From: an uncultured bacterium
GTDB lineage: Bacteria > UBA8481
DNA length: 64,000 nucleotides
NCBI GenBank assembly: GCA_964499705.1
Contig: CAZCME010000002.1
Location: forward strand, 248,001-312,000
Direction: 5' to 3'
Shown here: in pieces, positions 56,473-64,000 of the stretch
Layout of the letters: each line of letters begins with the position of its first letter
Numbering within the stretch: position 1 is the first letter of the stretch
Made by a program: the position numbers and the translations under genes
The notes under the pieces: generated by a model
Database searches by the model: none
The model's input: the letters and a program-made list of their open reading frames with translations, nothing else
Told to the model about the DNA's origin: nothing

Positions 56473-56568
56473 GCGGGGATTGTAACGGTTCCGCGGGAGA
56501 AATTCGAAAGTTTCAAGATATTGAAATTTCAACTCCCGGAACCCTTCGGTCCAAGATAACATCCTCCC

Positions 56569-57237
56569 ATGACCCTTGAATTCCAGAAGAACCCGTCGCT
56601 CATCGAGGACTCCAGCTTTCGGATCATCGATGAGGAGGTCGGAGAACACTCCTTCAGCCCCATGGAATACCAGCTTGTCCGCCGCGTGATTCATGCGTCC
56701 GCCGACTTCGACTTCAAGGAGACGCTCGTGATTTCGCCGGGCGCGATGGAGGCGGGAATCGCTGCTATGAAAGCCGGCGCGATGATCGTCTGCGACGTCC
56801 AGATGGTCGAGGCGGGAATCTCCAAGCCGCTGATGCGCAAGTTCCACTGCTCGCACTGCTGTTTCGTCTCCGATCCCGATGTCATCAAGGAGGCCGAGGC
56901 GGCGGGTGTCACGCGGTCGATCATTGCGATGCGCCGCGCCATCGCGCGCGCTCCGAACGGCATCTTCGCCATCGGCAATGCGCCGACTGGCCTGCTGGAG
57001 CTGATCCGGCTCGTGAAGGAGGAAGGCGCCCGGCCGTCGCTCATCATCGGAGTGCCGGTCGGATTCGTTTCCGCCGCGGAGTCGAAGGATCGGCTCTGCG
57101 ACGTCACAGAGGCTCCATTCATCGCCGCGCGCGGCAGGAAGGGCGGCAGCCCGATCGCCGTCGCCGCCATCAACGCGATCCTGCACCTGGCGAACCAGAC
57201 TTACGAGCAGGGGCTCAATCCATTCGTGAGGTTCTAA
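56569..57237 (+). CDS. cbiC: Precorrin-8X methylmutase
   Basis: IEDSSFRII, RRVIHASAD, IGNAPTGL, GVPVGFVSAAESK, GRKGGS. Confidence 0.95.
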   Translation: MTLEFQKNPSLIEDSSFRIIDEEVGEHSFSPMEYQLVRRVIHASADFDFKETLVISPGAMEAGIAAMKAGAMIVCDVQMVEAGISKPLMRKFHCSHCCFVSDPDVIKEAEAAGVTRSIIAMRRAIARAPNGIFAIGNAPTGLLELIRLVKEEGARPSLIIGVPVGFVSAAESKDRLCDVTEAPFIAARGRKGGSPIAVAAINAILHLANQTYEQGLNPFVRF

Positions 57238-57239
57238 AG

Positions 57240-58391
57240 TTGGCCGCCCGGAAAGGTTCCGGCCCGCTGCCCGGTCCGCCGAAGGACAAGTCGAAGCTCC
57301 GCACCGGATTCACGACCGGCGCCTGTTCCGCCGCAGCCACGAAGGCCGCCGTGCTGGCGCTGGTGACGCAGCGTCCGACGGAGCAGGTGACGATCAAGCT
57401 GCCGAGCACGACGCATCCGACCGCGACCTTCGTGGTGGAGAAATGCGAGCAGGCCTCCGACTTCGCTTACGCGGAGGTGAGGAAAGATGCCGGCGACGAT
57501 CCGGATTGCACCGACAAGGCGCTCCTCTGCGCGCGGGTCGTCTGGAGCGAGAAGCCCGGCGTGGAGATCGAGGGCGGCGACGGCGTCGGGAGGATCACGC
57601 GGCCGGGGCTGGGCCTCGATGTCGGCAGCGCCGCGATCAATCCCGTCCCAAGGAAGATGATCTTCTACTGCGCCACGGAGGCAATGCAGGAGACGGGTCA
57701 GAGCGGAGCGCGCGGGCTGCAGGTCACGATCTCCGTGCCGGGCGGGCAGGAGATGGCGAAGCAGACGCTGAACGCGCGACTCGGCATCATCGGCGGCATC
57801 TCCATCCTCGGCAGGACCGGCATCGTCAAGCCCTACTCAACGGCGGCGTTCCGCGCTTCGGTCGAGCAATCGATCGACGTCGCGAAGGCGCAAGGAGTGG
57901 ACGAGGTTGTCATCACGACCGGCGGCCGCAGCGAACGATTCGCGATGATGATCCGGAAGAACGAGGGCACCGCCCTGCCGGAGGCTGCGTACATCCAGAT
58001 GGGGGATTTCACCGGGGCTTCGTTGAAGCGCGCGATGAAGAACGGCCTGAGAAAGGTGACCGTCTGCGGCATGATCGGCAAGTTCTCGAAGATCGCGGCG
58101 GGCGTGATGCAGACGCACGCGGCCGGATCGCAGGTCGACATGGAGTTTCTCGCCCAGGTCGCGAAGGATGTCGGCGCGGACGAGGAGACCCTGGCGGAGA
58201 TCCGCGCGGCGAACACGGGAAGGCACGTCGGGGAGATCACCGAGGCGCGGGGACTCCGCGGATTCTATGACCGGCTCTGCGAGGATGTCTGCCGCACGTG
58301 CCGGGGACACATCAAGGACCAGCTGGCGATCGAGGCGATCCTGACGGATTTCGAGGAAGGTAAAGTTCTCGGACGGGCGGTGATGGAATGA
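57240..58391 (+). CDS. cbiD: Cobalt-precorrin-5B C1-methyltransferase
   Basis: LRTGFTTGACSAAA, KDAGDDPD, AINPVPR, LGIIGGISILG, GDF. Confidence 0.96.
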   Translation: MAARKGSGPLPGPPKDKSKLRTGFTTGACSAAATKAAVLALVTQRPTEQVTIKLPSTTHPTATFVVEKCEQASDFAYAEVRKDAGDDPDCTDKALLCARVVWSEKPGVEIEGGDGVGRITRPGLGLDVGSAAINPVPRKMIFYCATEAMQETGQSGARGLQVTISVPGGQEMAKQTLNARLGIIGGISILGRTGIVKPYSTAAFRASVEQSIDVAKAQGVDEVVITTGGRSERFAMMIRKNEGTALPEAAYIQMGDFTGASLKRAMKNGLRKVTVCGMIGKFSKIAAGVMQTHAAGSQVDMEFLAQVAKDVGADEETLAEIRAANTGRHVGEITEARGLRGFYDRLCEDVCRTCRGHIKDQLAIEAILTDFEEGKVLGRAVME

Positions 58392-59641
58392 GGCGTGTGC
58401 AGGTGATCGGGATCGGCGACGATGGCGCCGCCGGGCTTTCTCCGAAGGCGCGTTCGCTCGTGGATGAGGCTCAACTGCTGATCGGCGGCGAACGGCACCT
58501 TTCCTTTTTCCCCGATCACTCCGCCGAGAAAATCGTCACGAAGTCGAATCTCGCGGAGATCGCGGATCATGCCCGCGCGGCGAGCGACGCCGGACGGCGT
58601 GTCGTCGTCCTTGCATCGGGCGATCCGCTTTTTTACGGCATCGGGTCGTATCTCGCGAACAAGCTCGGCCGCGATCGCGTGGAGATCATGCCGGCCGTCA
58701 GCGCGATGCAGCTCGCGTTCGCCCGCGCGGGGATTTCCTGGCAGGATGCGGCGCTCGTTTCCGTTCACGGCAAGCCGATGAAGAATCTCCATCCCGCCGT
58801 CGAGGAATCCGCAGTCATCGGAATCTTCACCGATGAGGAGAATTCACCTCCCGCCATCGCCCGGCATCTTCTCGATAAAGGGTTCGATGGCTTTGAGGCG
58901 ATTGTGTGCGAGAATCTTGACGGGCAGGACGAACGCGTCCGGAGTTTCTCGCTCGGCGAACTGGCCCGTGTTTCCGATATCGGTTCGCTGAACGTCCTCA
59001 TTCTGAAGCGCGTGGAAGCAGGTCCCGCTCCCGTCGATGCCGCGAAGCTGGGACTCTTCGGAATTCCCGACGATCAATTCGTCTACCGTCAGCCGAAGAA
59101 GGGGCTGATCACGAAGGTGGAGATCCGGGTTCTCTCGCTGGCGAAGATGGCGATCCAGCCGGATCACATCGTCTGGGACATCGGCGCCGGCTCGGGTTCC
59201 GTCACGGTCGAAGCCGCGCGCCTGGCCTCGAAGGGCCATGTCTACGCCATCGAGAAGAACAAGCCCGACTTCGAGCTGATCCGGACCAACCTCGAGCGGT
59301 TCGGCATCGCAAACGCGACCTGTGTCAACGCGCGTGCTCCCGAGACAATAGCCGAGTGGCCCGCGCCCGACGCGGTCTTCATTGGCGGCTCCGCCGGCGA
59401 GCTGAGCGAGATCTGCGCGATCATTCACGGAAAGCAGAAGCCCGGCGCACGCCTGGTGATCAACACGATCACGCTCGAAAACCAGTCGCTGGCCTTTCAG
59501 GTGATGAAGGATCTCGGCTACGAAATCGACGCCACGCTTGTGAACATCTCGAGATCCTCCCCGATCCTCGACATGACACGCTTCGACGCGCTGAACCCGA
59601 TCACCATCTTTTGCGGTGTCAAAGGCGGCCCCGGAAAATGA
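58388..59641 (+). CDS. cbiET: Precorrin-6Y C5,15-methyltransferase, fused CbiE-CbiT (CobL)
   Basis: VIGIGDDG, LASGDPLFYGIG, SVHG, LITKVEIR, WDIGAGSGSV, DAVFIGG. Confidence 0.95.
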   Translation: MRRVQVIGIGDDGAAGLSPKARSLVDEAQLLIGGERHLSFFPDHSAEKIVTKSNLAEIADHARAASDAGRRVVVLASGDPLFYGIGSYLANKLGRDRVEIMPAVSAMQLAFARAGISWQDAALVSVHGKPMKNLHPAVEESAVIGIFTDEENSPPAIARHLLDKGFDGFEAIVCENLDGQDERVRSFSLGELARVSDIGSLNVLILKRVEAGPAPVDAAKLGLFGIPDDQFVYRQPKKGLITKVEIRVLSLAKMAIQPDHIVWDIGAGSGSVTVEAARLASKGHVYAIEKNKPDFELIRTNLERFGIANATCVNARAPETIAEWPAPDAVFIGGSAGELSEICAIIHGKQKPGARLVINTITLENQSLAFQVMKDLGYEIDATLVNISRSSPILDMTRFDALNPITIFCGVKGGPGK

Positions 59642-60699
59642 ACTCGCGCATCTTTTCGAAGTTTCTCCTGGCGGTGACCGTGCTGATTCTCGTCCAGGTG
59701 GCGGCAGGAGCCCGAACCGAACGCGCCTCGAAACTTCACCTCATCGAACAGGACGGAAAATATGGCTTCATCGACAAAAAGGGGCGTGTCATCTGCGCGC
59801 CCGAATATACGCACGCGGGACTTTTCTCGGAAGGGATGGCGCCCGTGTGCACAAGGGACGGAGGCAAGTTCGGGTATATCAACAGCGCCGGAACGATTGT
59901 GATCGAACCGCGATTTGAGGGAGCGAAATCCTTTTCGGAAGGACGGGCTCAGGTGTGGCGGAGCGATACGACCGGATTAGGTTCGTGGGGATTCATCGAT
60001 CGGCGTGGAAAAGTCGTGATTGAACCGCAGTGGAGAGTGGCCGCGGATTTTTCCGAAGGGCGGTCGTGGGTCCAGGTGGGAGAAAGGGGTTCCGCGGAAT
60101 CAGTAAAATGGGGATTCATCGATAAGTCCGGTCGCATGGTGATACCTCCTCGATATGACGGGGTTCTGGATTTTTCGGAGGGCCTGGCACCCGTCGAGAT
60201 CGGCGGCAAGTGGGGATTCATCAACAGAAAAGGGAGAATGGTGATCCAGCCCGGGTTTGACGACGCAGGCATCTTTACCGAAGGGCGAGCCAGGGTGAAC
60301 ATCGGCCAGAAGTGGAATGATAATGGCTGGCCCGAAGGCGGATCATGGGGATTCATCAACCGAGCCGGAAGAATTGTCATCGCTCTGCAGTATGACTATG
60401 TGTGGCCTTTTTCGGAAGGCTTGGCGATTTTCAAGAAAGATGGGAAGAGGGGTTTTATCGACCGATCGGGCAAGGTCGTGATCGCGCCGGAATGGGACAG
60501 AGCCGACAATTTTTCGGAAGGATTGGCTCCGGTGAGACGCGGCGACAAGTGGGGTTTTGTGGACAGGACCGGCAAGATCGTCATGGAGCCGAAATTCGAC
60601 TTCGCGCACCCGTTTTTCGGGGGCCTCGCCTTCGTGGGGATCGACGGCAAGTCGGGATATATCGATAGGAACGGAATGTTCGTCTGGCAAGCCCGGTGA
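59638..60699 (+). CDS. Exported WG-repeat (KWG-Leptospira-type) protein
   Basis: Signal peptide; about 7 repeats of FSEGLAPV...KWGFIDxxG; ATGA overlap with cbiET. Confidence 0.9.
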   Translation: MNSRIFSKFLLAVTVLILVQVAAGARTERASKLHLIEQDGKYGFIDKKGRVICAPEYTHAGLFSEGMAPVCTRDGGKFGYINSAGTIVIEPRFEGAKSFSEGRAQVWRSDTTGLGSWGFIDRRGKVVIEPQWRVAADFSEGRSWVQVGERGSAESVKWGFIDKSGRMVIPPRYDGVLDFSEGLAPVEIGGKWGFINRKGRMVIQPGFDDAGIFTEGRARVNIGQKWNDNGWPEGGSWGFINRAGRIVIALQYDYVWPFSEGLAIFKKDGKRGFIDRSGKVVIAPEWDRADNFSEGLAPVRRGDKWGFVDRTGKIVMEPKFDFAHPFFGGLAFVGIDGKSGYIDRNGMFVWQAR

Positions 60700-60743
60700 C
60701 GGTTCTCGGCAATGAACACGACCCGATGGGGTAGGGCTTGACC

Positions 60744-62966
60744 ATGAATTCTGAAATGTTGGCTGCCCTGGCCGGCAATCGGATCTCGGAATACGAGAGG
60801 TATCGCGCGGATGCGCTCGAGCTTTGGAGCTCTCTTCCTGCAAAAGAGAAGATCAATGAAGCGGCCAGGGTGATGAATCGCTCGACGCATGATCGATCCT
60901 ATTTCCATAGCCTTATCCAGGAATCGGCGGAAACGTTCTATCAAGCGGAGGGACTTCTCAGAAGCTGTGCGCGAATATTGCTCGAAGGCAGGAGCGATAT
61001 GACATTGTATGAAGCGCTCCAATATGTTGCGGACGATTTTCGAGCGCATTCCGCTCATCCGGATTTCCGATTCGGGTTTGCTTTCCGCCCGAAAACTGAC
61101 GCTTCCGCCATGAGCGATTCCTGCAAGTCGTTTAACATTCCCCCGGGACGTTGGCACACACACCCGTCGTACCGTGCTTTGTTCAGCATGTCTCCCGGCG
61201 ATATCCCGGATAGCGCCCTGCCGGGCATCATCGAATTGTTGGGCGAGAGCACGCGTGTCGAGGCGGAGTCCACGGGTGGAATGTATCTTCCGGAACATCT
61301 GATATTGAGTCTTGCCGACCGGGCGAAGGTTCCGTTGCTTCATGCGCTGGAAGATCCGGCTCGATTCGGCGCGCGTTGCGAGCCGGGTTGGAACGGGGCG
61401 CTTCAAATGCGCGAACGAGTGTTGAAACTAGTGGTCATGCTGTTTGAGAAGGAAGTCCGGATGCAGGCCTATGAGTCGCTTTGTCAGGACGACGAGGGTA
61501 CCCGCATCTTGAATACGCCGGGAGGCCTTGGATTTCCGGCGTCGTTCGCGGCGGCGTTCGTAGGATGTCGCAAGCACCTGGAGTATCAAAGCGAGATGGA
61601 GCAGATGTGGCATCTTCTCAGGAAGAATTCTCCCTATATCGGCGTCGGACGGGATGATTTGCTTGGTTTTATTCTCAGCACGCGGAGCGCCGCGAGTCTC
61701 GGACCACCGCCGGAACAGCGCGTTAGGCTGTCGTGGGGGGACGATGAAATCGGACCTGCCTCGATCTCGAATCTCACGACTGAGGATGAGCAGGAAAAAA
61801 CAGTTACCATGAACGCGAGAGTCAGAAGTCTGTCGACAGGACAAGTTTGGGAGCTCGATCCCGGGGTAATGCGATACCGAGTCGGCCACAACCGGCTCGG
61901 CGACGCCCGCGTCTGGCCGGATCCACGGCGCGATAGTTCCGGTCGCCAGGGAAATTCGCTCGATTGGCATGATGGATGCTGGATGGCCGGCACTTTTATT
62001 TACGAACGGAGCGGCGGTTTGCTGGTGTCCGCCGGCCCCAGAAGGAGTCTGCAGCATGGTGACCAATATTGTGGATTTCGGTTCGAGCAACGATCGGATC
62101 TCGACTCCGATCCGTTTCACGCGGCGATGGAGATGGGCGAGCTGGAGCTTGCCTCGAGCTATTGCCGGGACCGCGCTCAGGGCAGGGAGCTCGAGGTTCA
62201 CTGCCTCGAAAGGCTCGGCCGCGATCTCGAGCATCATATTCGAACTCCAAGGATAGAGTGGAATTTCGAGTCGAATCCGGAATATCCGCTCCGAGCGCTC
62301 TTGTGCTTGTGGCGACGGCAAATGCTCTCCATCGTTCCATATCAACTTGATTCTGCTCTGCTTGAATATATGAATTCGCCGGCCGTCCGCGATCTTGCCT
62401 GCCGGCTGTTCGCGGCGGCAGTGCCGGAAATGGCTGCGCCGTTTTTGGCGGATCAAGCCACGGCTGAATTTCGAGGCACGATGTCCGCGCCACCCGCCAA
62501 CTGGAACGAGCGCTTCCGATTTGGGGCGATGAAGATGCAGCCGCAAGAGATGTTGAAGCCGGAACTGGCGGCTGTCCACCTCGCGCGCACGCGGAGCGCT
62601 TCCCACATCGAGCGTGTCGGCGATGAGATATTTCCGCATATGATCTTCGAGTCGGATTCCAAGCGGACCGATTCTATGCTCAACAGTCGACTGGATGGCC
62701 TTGCGGTGTTCGCGGTGGCCGGCAGTCCGGCCGCCATCGCCGCGCTCGAGCGATGCGGCGAATCGTCCGATCCGGAACTCGGTCGTTCCGCGAAACGGTG
62801 GCTCGCTGCCTGCAAATGGCCGAACGTGGCCGCGATGCTGTTCGAGATCCTCGATCGAGGTACTTACGACGCGTGGAGAGTATTCATTCATGAACTCAAC
62901 GAGACCCGCGGCCCCGACGAAGTCTATGCTCTACTCGAACAGAAAAACTATCATTCAGGAATATGA
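60744..62966 (+). CDS. Hypothetical protein (about 740 aa) with HxH motif and HEAT-like segments
   Basis: Long ORF with more AT-ending codons than its neighbours; WHTHP..S..D motif; C-terminal GSPAAIAALERC..SDPELGRSA. Confidence 0.65.
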   Translation: MNSEMLAALAGNRISEYERYRADALELWSSLPAKEKINEAARVMNRSTHDRSYFHSLIQESAETFYQAEGLLRSCARILLEGRSDMTLYEALQYVADDFRAHSAHPDFRFGFAFRPKTDASAMSDSCKSFNIPPGRWHTHPSYRALFSMSPGDIPDSALPGIIELLGESTRVEAESTGGMYLPEHLILSLADRAKVPLLHALEDPARFGARCEPGWNGALQMRERVLKLVVMLFEKEVRMQAYESLCQDDEGTRILNTPGGLGFPASFAAAFVGCRKHLEYQSEMEQMWHLLRKNSPYIGVGRDDLLGFILSTRSAASLGPPPEQRVRLSWGDDEIGPASISNLTTEDEQEKTVTMNARVRSLSTGQVWELDPGVMRYRVGHNRLGDARVWPDPRRDSSGRQGNSLDWHDGCWMAGTFIYERSGGLLVSAGPRRSLQHGDQYCGFRFEQRSDLDSDPFHAAMEMGELELASSYCRDRAQGRELEVHCLERLGRDLEHHIRTPRIEWNFESNPEYPLRALLCLWRRQMLSIVPYQLDSALLEYMNSPAVRDLACRLFAAAVPEMAAPFLADQATAEFRGTMSAPPANWNERFRFGAMKMQPQEMLKPELAAVHLARTRSASHIERVGDEIFPHMIFESDSKRTDSMLNSRLDGLAVFAVAGSPAAIAALERCGESSDPELGRSAKRWLAACKWPNVAAMLFEILDRGTYDAWRVFIHELNETRGPDEVYALLEQKNYHSGI

Positions 62967-63073
62967 TGTCGGTGCGTGCAGCCCTCCATTGCATGAATGG
63001 ATGATTCGAAATATGGTCCGATCACGGATAAACAGAGCTGTCTCAATGACGTTAAAGGTGTATAGGGTGTCTG

Positions 63074-64000
63074 ATGGAAAATAATAAATTACAACTTTTG
63101 GAACCGCGGATTGCCATCTTCGGCATCACGAAGCACGGCGTTGGCATTGCGAAGCGGTTGAAGGCCGGGTTCCCCGAAGCGGATCTCTTCATGCCGAGAA
63201 AATTCGAGCATGAAGCGCTGCCGGATACGATTCTTTACGACAAGCTTCTCAGTAAAGTCATCGGCGAGATCTTTCACTCTTATGACAGCATCATCTTCGT
63301 GATCTCCCTGGGCGCCGTAATCCGGATGATCGCGCCGTACATGAAGGACAAGCATGTCGATCCGGCCGTCGTGGTGGTCGATGACGCCGCGAAGTTCGCC
63401 ATCAGCGTCCTCTCCGGTCACATCGGCGGCGCCAATGAGTTCACCGACCGCGTCGCGAAGATCCTGGGCGCCGTTTCCGTCATAACGACCGCCTCCGATG
63501 TAGGGAAGACCATTCCTGTCGACATCCTCGGCCGGGAGCTGGGATGGACGCTGGAAGGGGAGGAGAACGTCACGGCCGTGTCCGCCCACGTGGTGAACGA
63601 GGAGCCGGTCGCGTTCATCCAGGAGACCGGCGAGAAGACCTGGTGGACGCGCGACGTCCCGCTGCCAAAGTCGATCCGCGTTCTCTCCTCGCTTGCCGAG
63701 ATCGAGGATCGATCCGTCTACAAGGCGTTCCTCATGGTCACCGACCGCATTCTTCGCGAGGAAGCCGACGGGATTCGCGACCGCATGATCCTCTATCGTC
63801 CCCGCAGCCTCGTCGTCGGTCTCGGCTGCAATCGAGGCACGTCCTCCGGGGAAATTCTCGAAGCCGTGAAGATGACATTCGAAAAGCACGGCCTGGCCCT
63901 CGCGTCCATTCGCAACTTCGCGACGACCCAGCTGAAGGAGGATGAAGCGGGATTCCTTGAACTCGCCCGGATGCTCGATCGCAGGTTCGCCCACTACAGC
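63074..64000 (+). CDS. cbiG: Cobalt-precorrin-5A hydrolase CbiG, 3' truncated (missing from the ORF track)
   Basis: Hand translation from ATG 63074: MENNKLQLLEPRIAIFGITKHG...LGAVIRMIAP..KDKHVDPAVVVVDD..SVLSGHIGGAN..ITTASD..VGLGCNRGT. Confidence 0.93.
   Translation, partial: MENNKLQLLEPRIAIFGITKHGVGIAKRLKAGFPEADLFMPRKFEHEALPDTILYDKLLSKVIGEIFHSYDSIIFVISLGAVIRMIAPYMKDKHVDPAVVVVDDAAKFAISVLSGHIGGANEFTDRVAKILGAVSVITTASDVGKTIPVDILGRELGWTLEGEENVTAVSAHVVNEEPVAFIQETGEKTWWTRDVPLPKSIRVLSSLAEIEDRSVYKAFLMVTDRILREEADGIRDRMILYRPRSLVVGLGCNRGTSSGEILEAVKMTFEKHGLALASIRNFATTQLKEDEAGFLELARMLDRRFAHYS

Noticed and set aside
59740-60690. Regularly spaced repeated DNA words (TGGGGATTCATC) resembling an array
   Set aside because: They encode the WG protein repeats; not a CRISPR array.
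59633-63081. GGAAAAT at both ends of the cbi insertion as a target-site duplication
   Set aside because: Only 7 bp and AT-rich; chance is likely.
490-63994. Many long antisense or alternate-frame ORFs in the track (e.g. 3805-5391, 7375-9141, 19637-21868, 48453-50750, 52895-54847, 63089-63994)
   Set aside because: They shadow well-supported genes, lack motifs and are expected from high-GC codon bias.

Overview
GC-rich bacterial chromosomal segment, about 48 CDS. I see no rRNA, tRNA, CRISPR array, integrase or transposase gene. Left to right it contains: a CorC/HlyC (CNNM) protein; a GT-C-like membrane protein; a long minus-strand run (TPR, GT2, type II secretion gspGHIJKLM, futalosine-pathway menaquinone genes mqnE/ubiX/ubiD/mqnP, an atypical class III cyclase); uvrB; three tandem AIM24/TIGR00266 paralogues; a secreted type I pullulanase; a cyclase-TM-TolB-like-TPR receptor; deaD; recQ; an exported FecR-PPC protein paired with an exported TPR-CHAT caspase-like protease; an ABC-F (Uup-like) gene; a sigma54-linked sensory cluster (CHASE kinase, NtrC-type regulator, REC-kinase, cheW, MCP, cheR, cheD, heme-c hybrid kinase); glgB; mqnC; a diguanylate cyclase; speA; a GT9-methyltransferase fusion; and a cobalamin operon (cbiC, cbiD, cbiET, cbiG) interrupted by two unrelated genes. 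The most notable observations are: (1) the two-gene exported CHAT protease/FecR-PPC module; (2) a 1.6-kb integrase-less ankyrin cassette bounded by a 68-bp duplication of the ABC-F 3' end; (3) a 103-bp element with perfect 29-bp inverted repeats enclosing an RBS plus an MARP start; (4) TANNNT boxes exactly 6 nt before many start codons, suggesting leaderless mRNAs; (5) intergenic heptamer repeats; (6) a JAB-like motif in the orphan gene inside the cbi operon. All protein calls rest on motif recognition by eye; no database searches were run.
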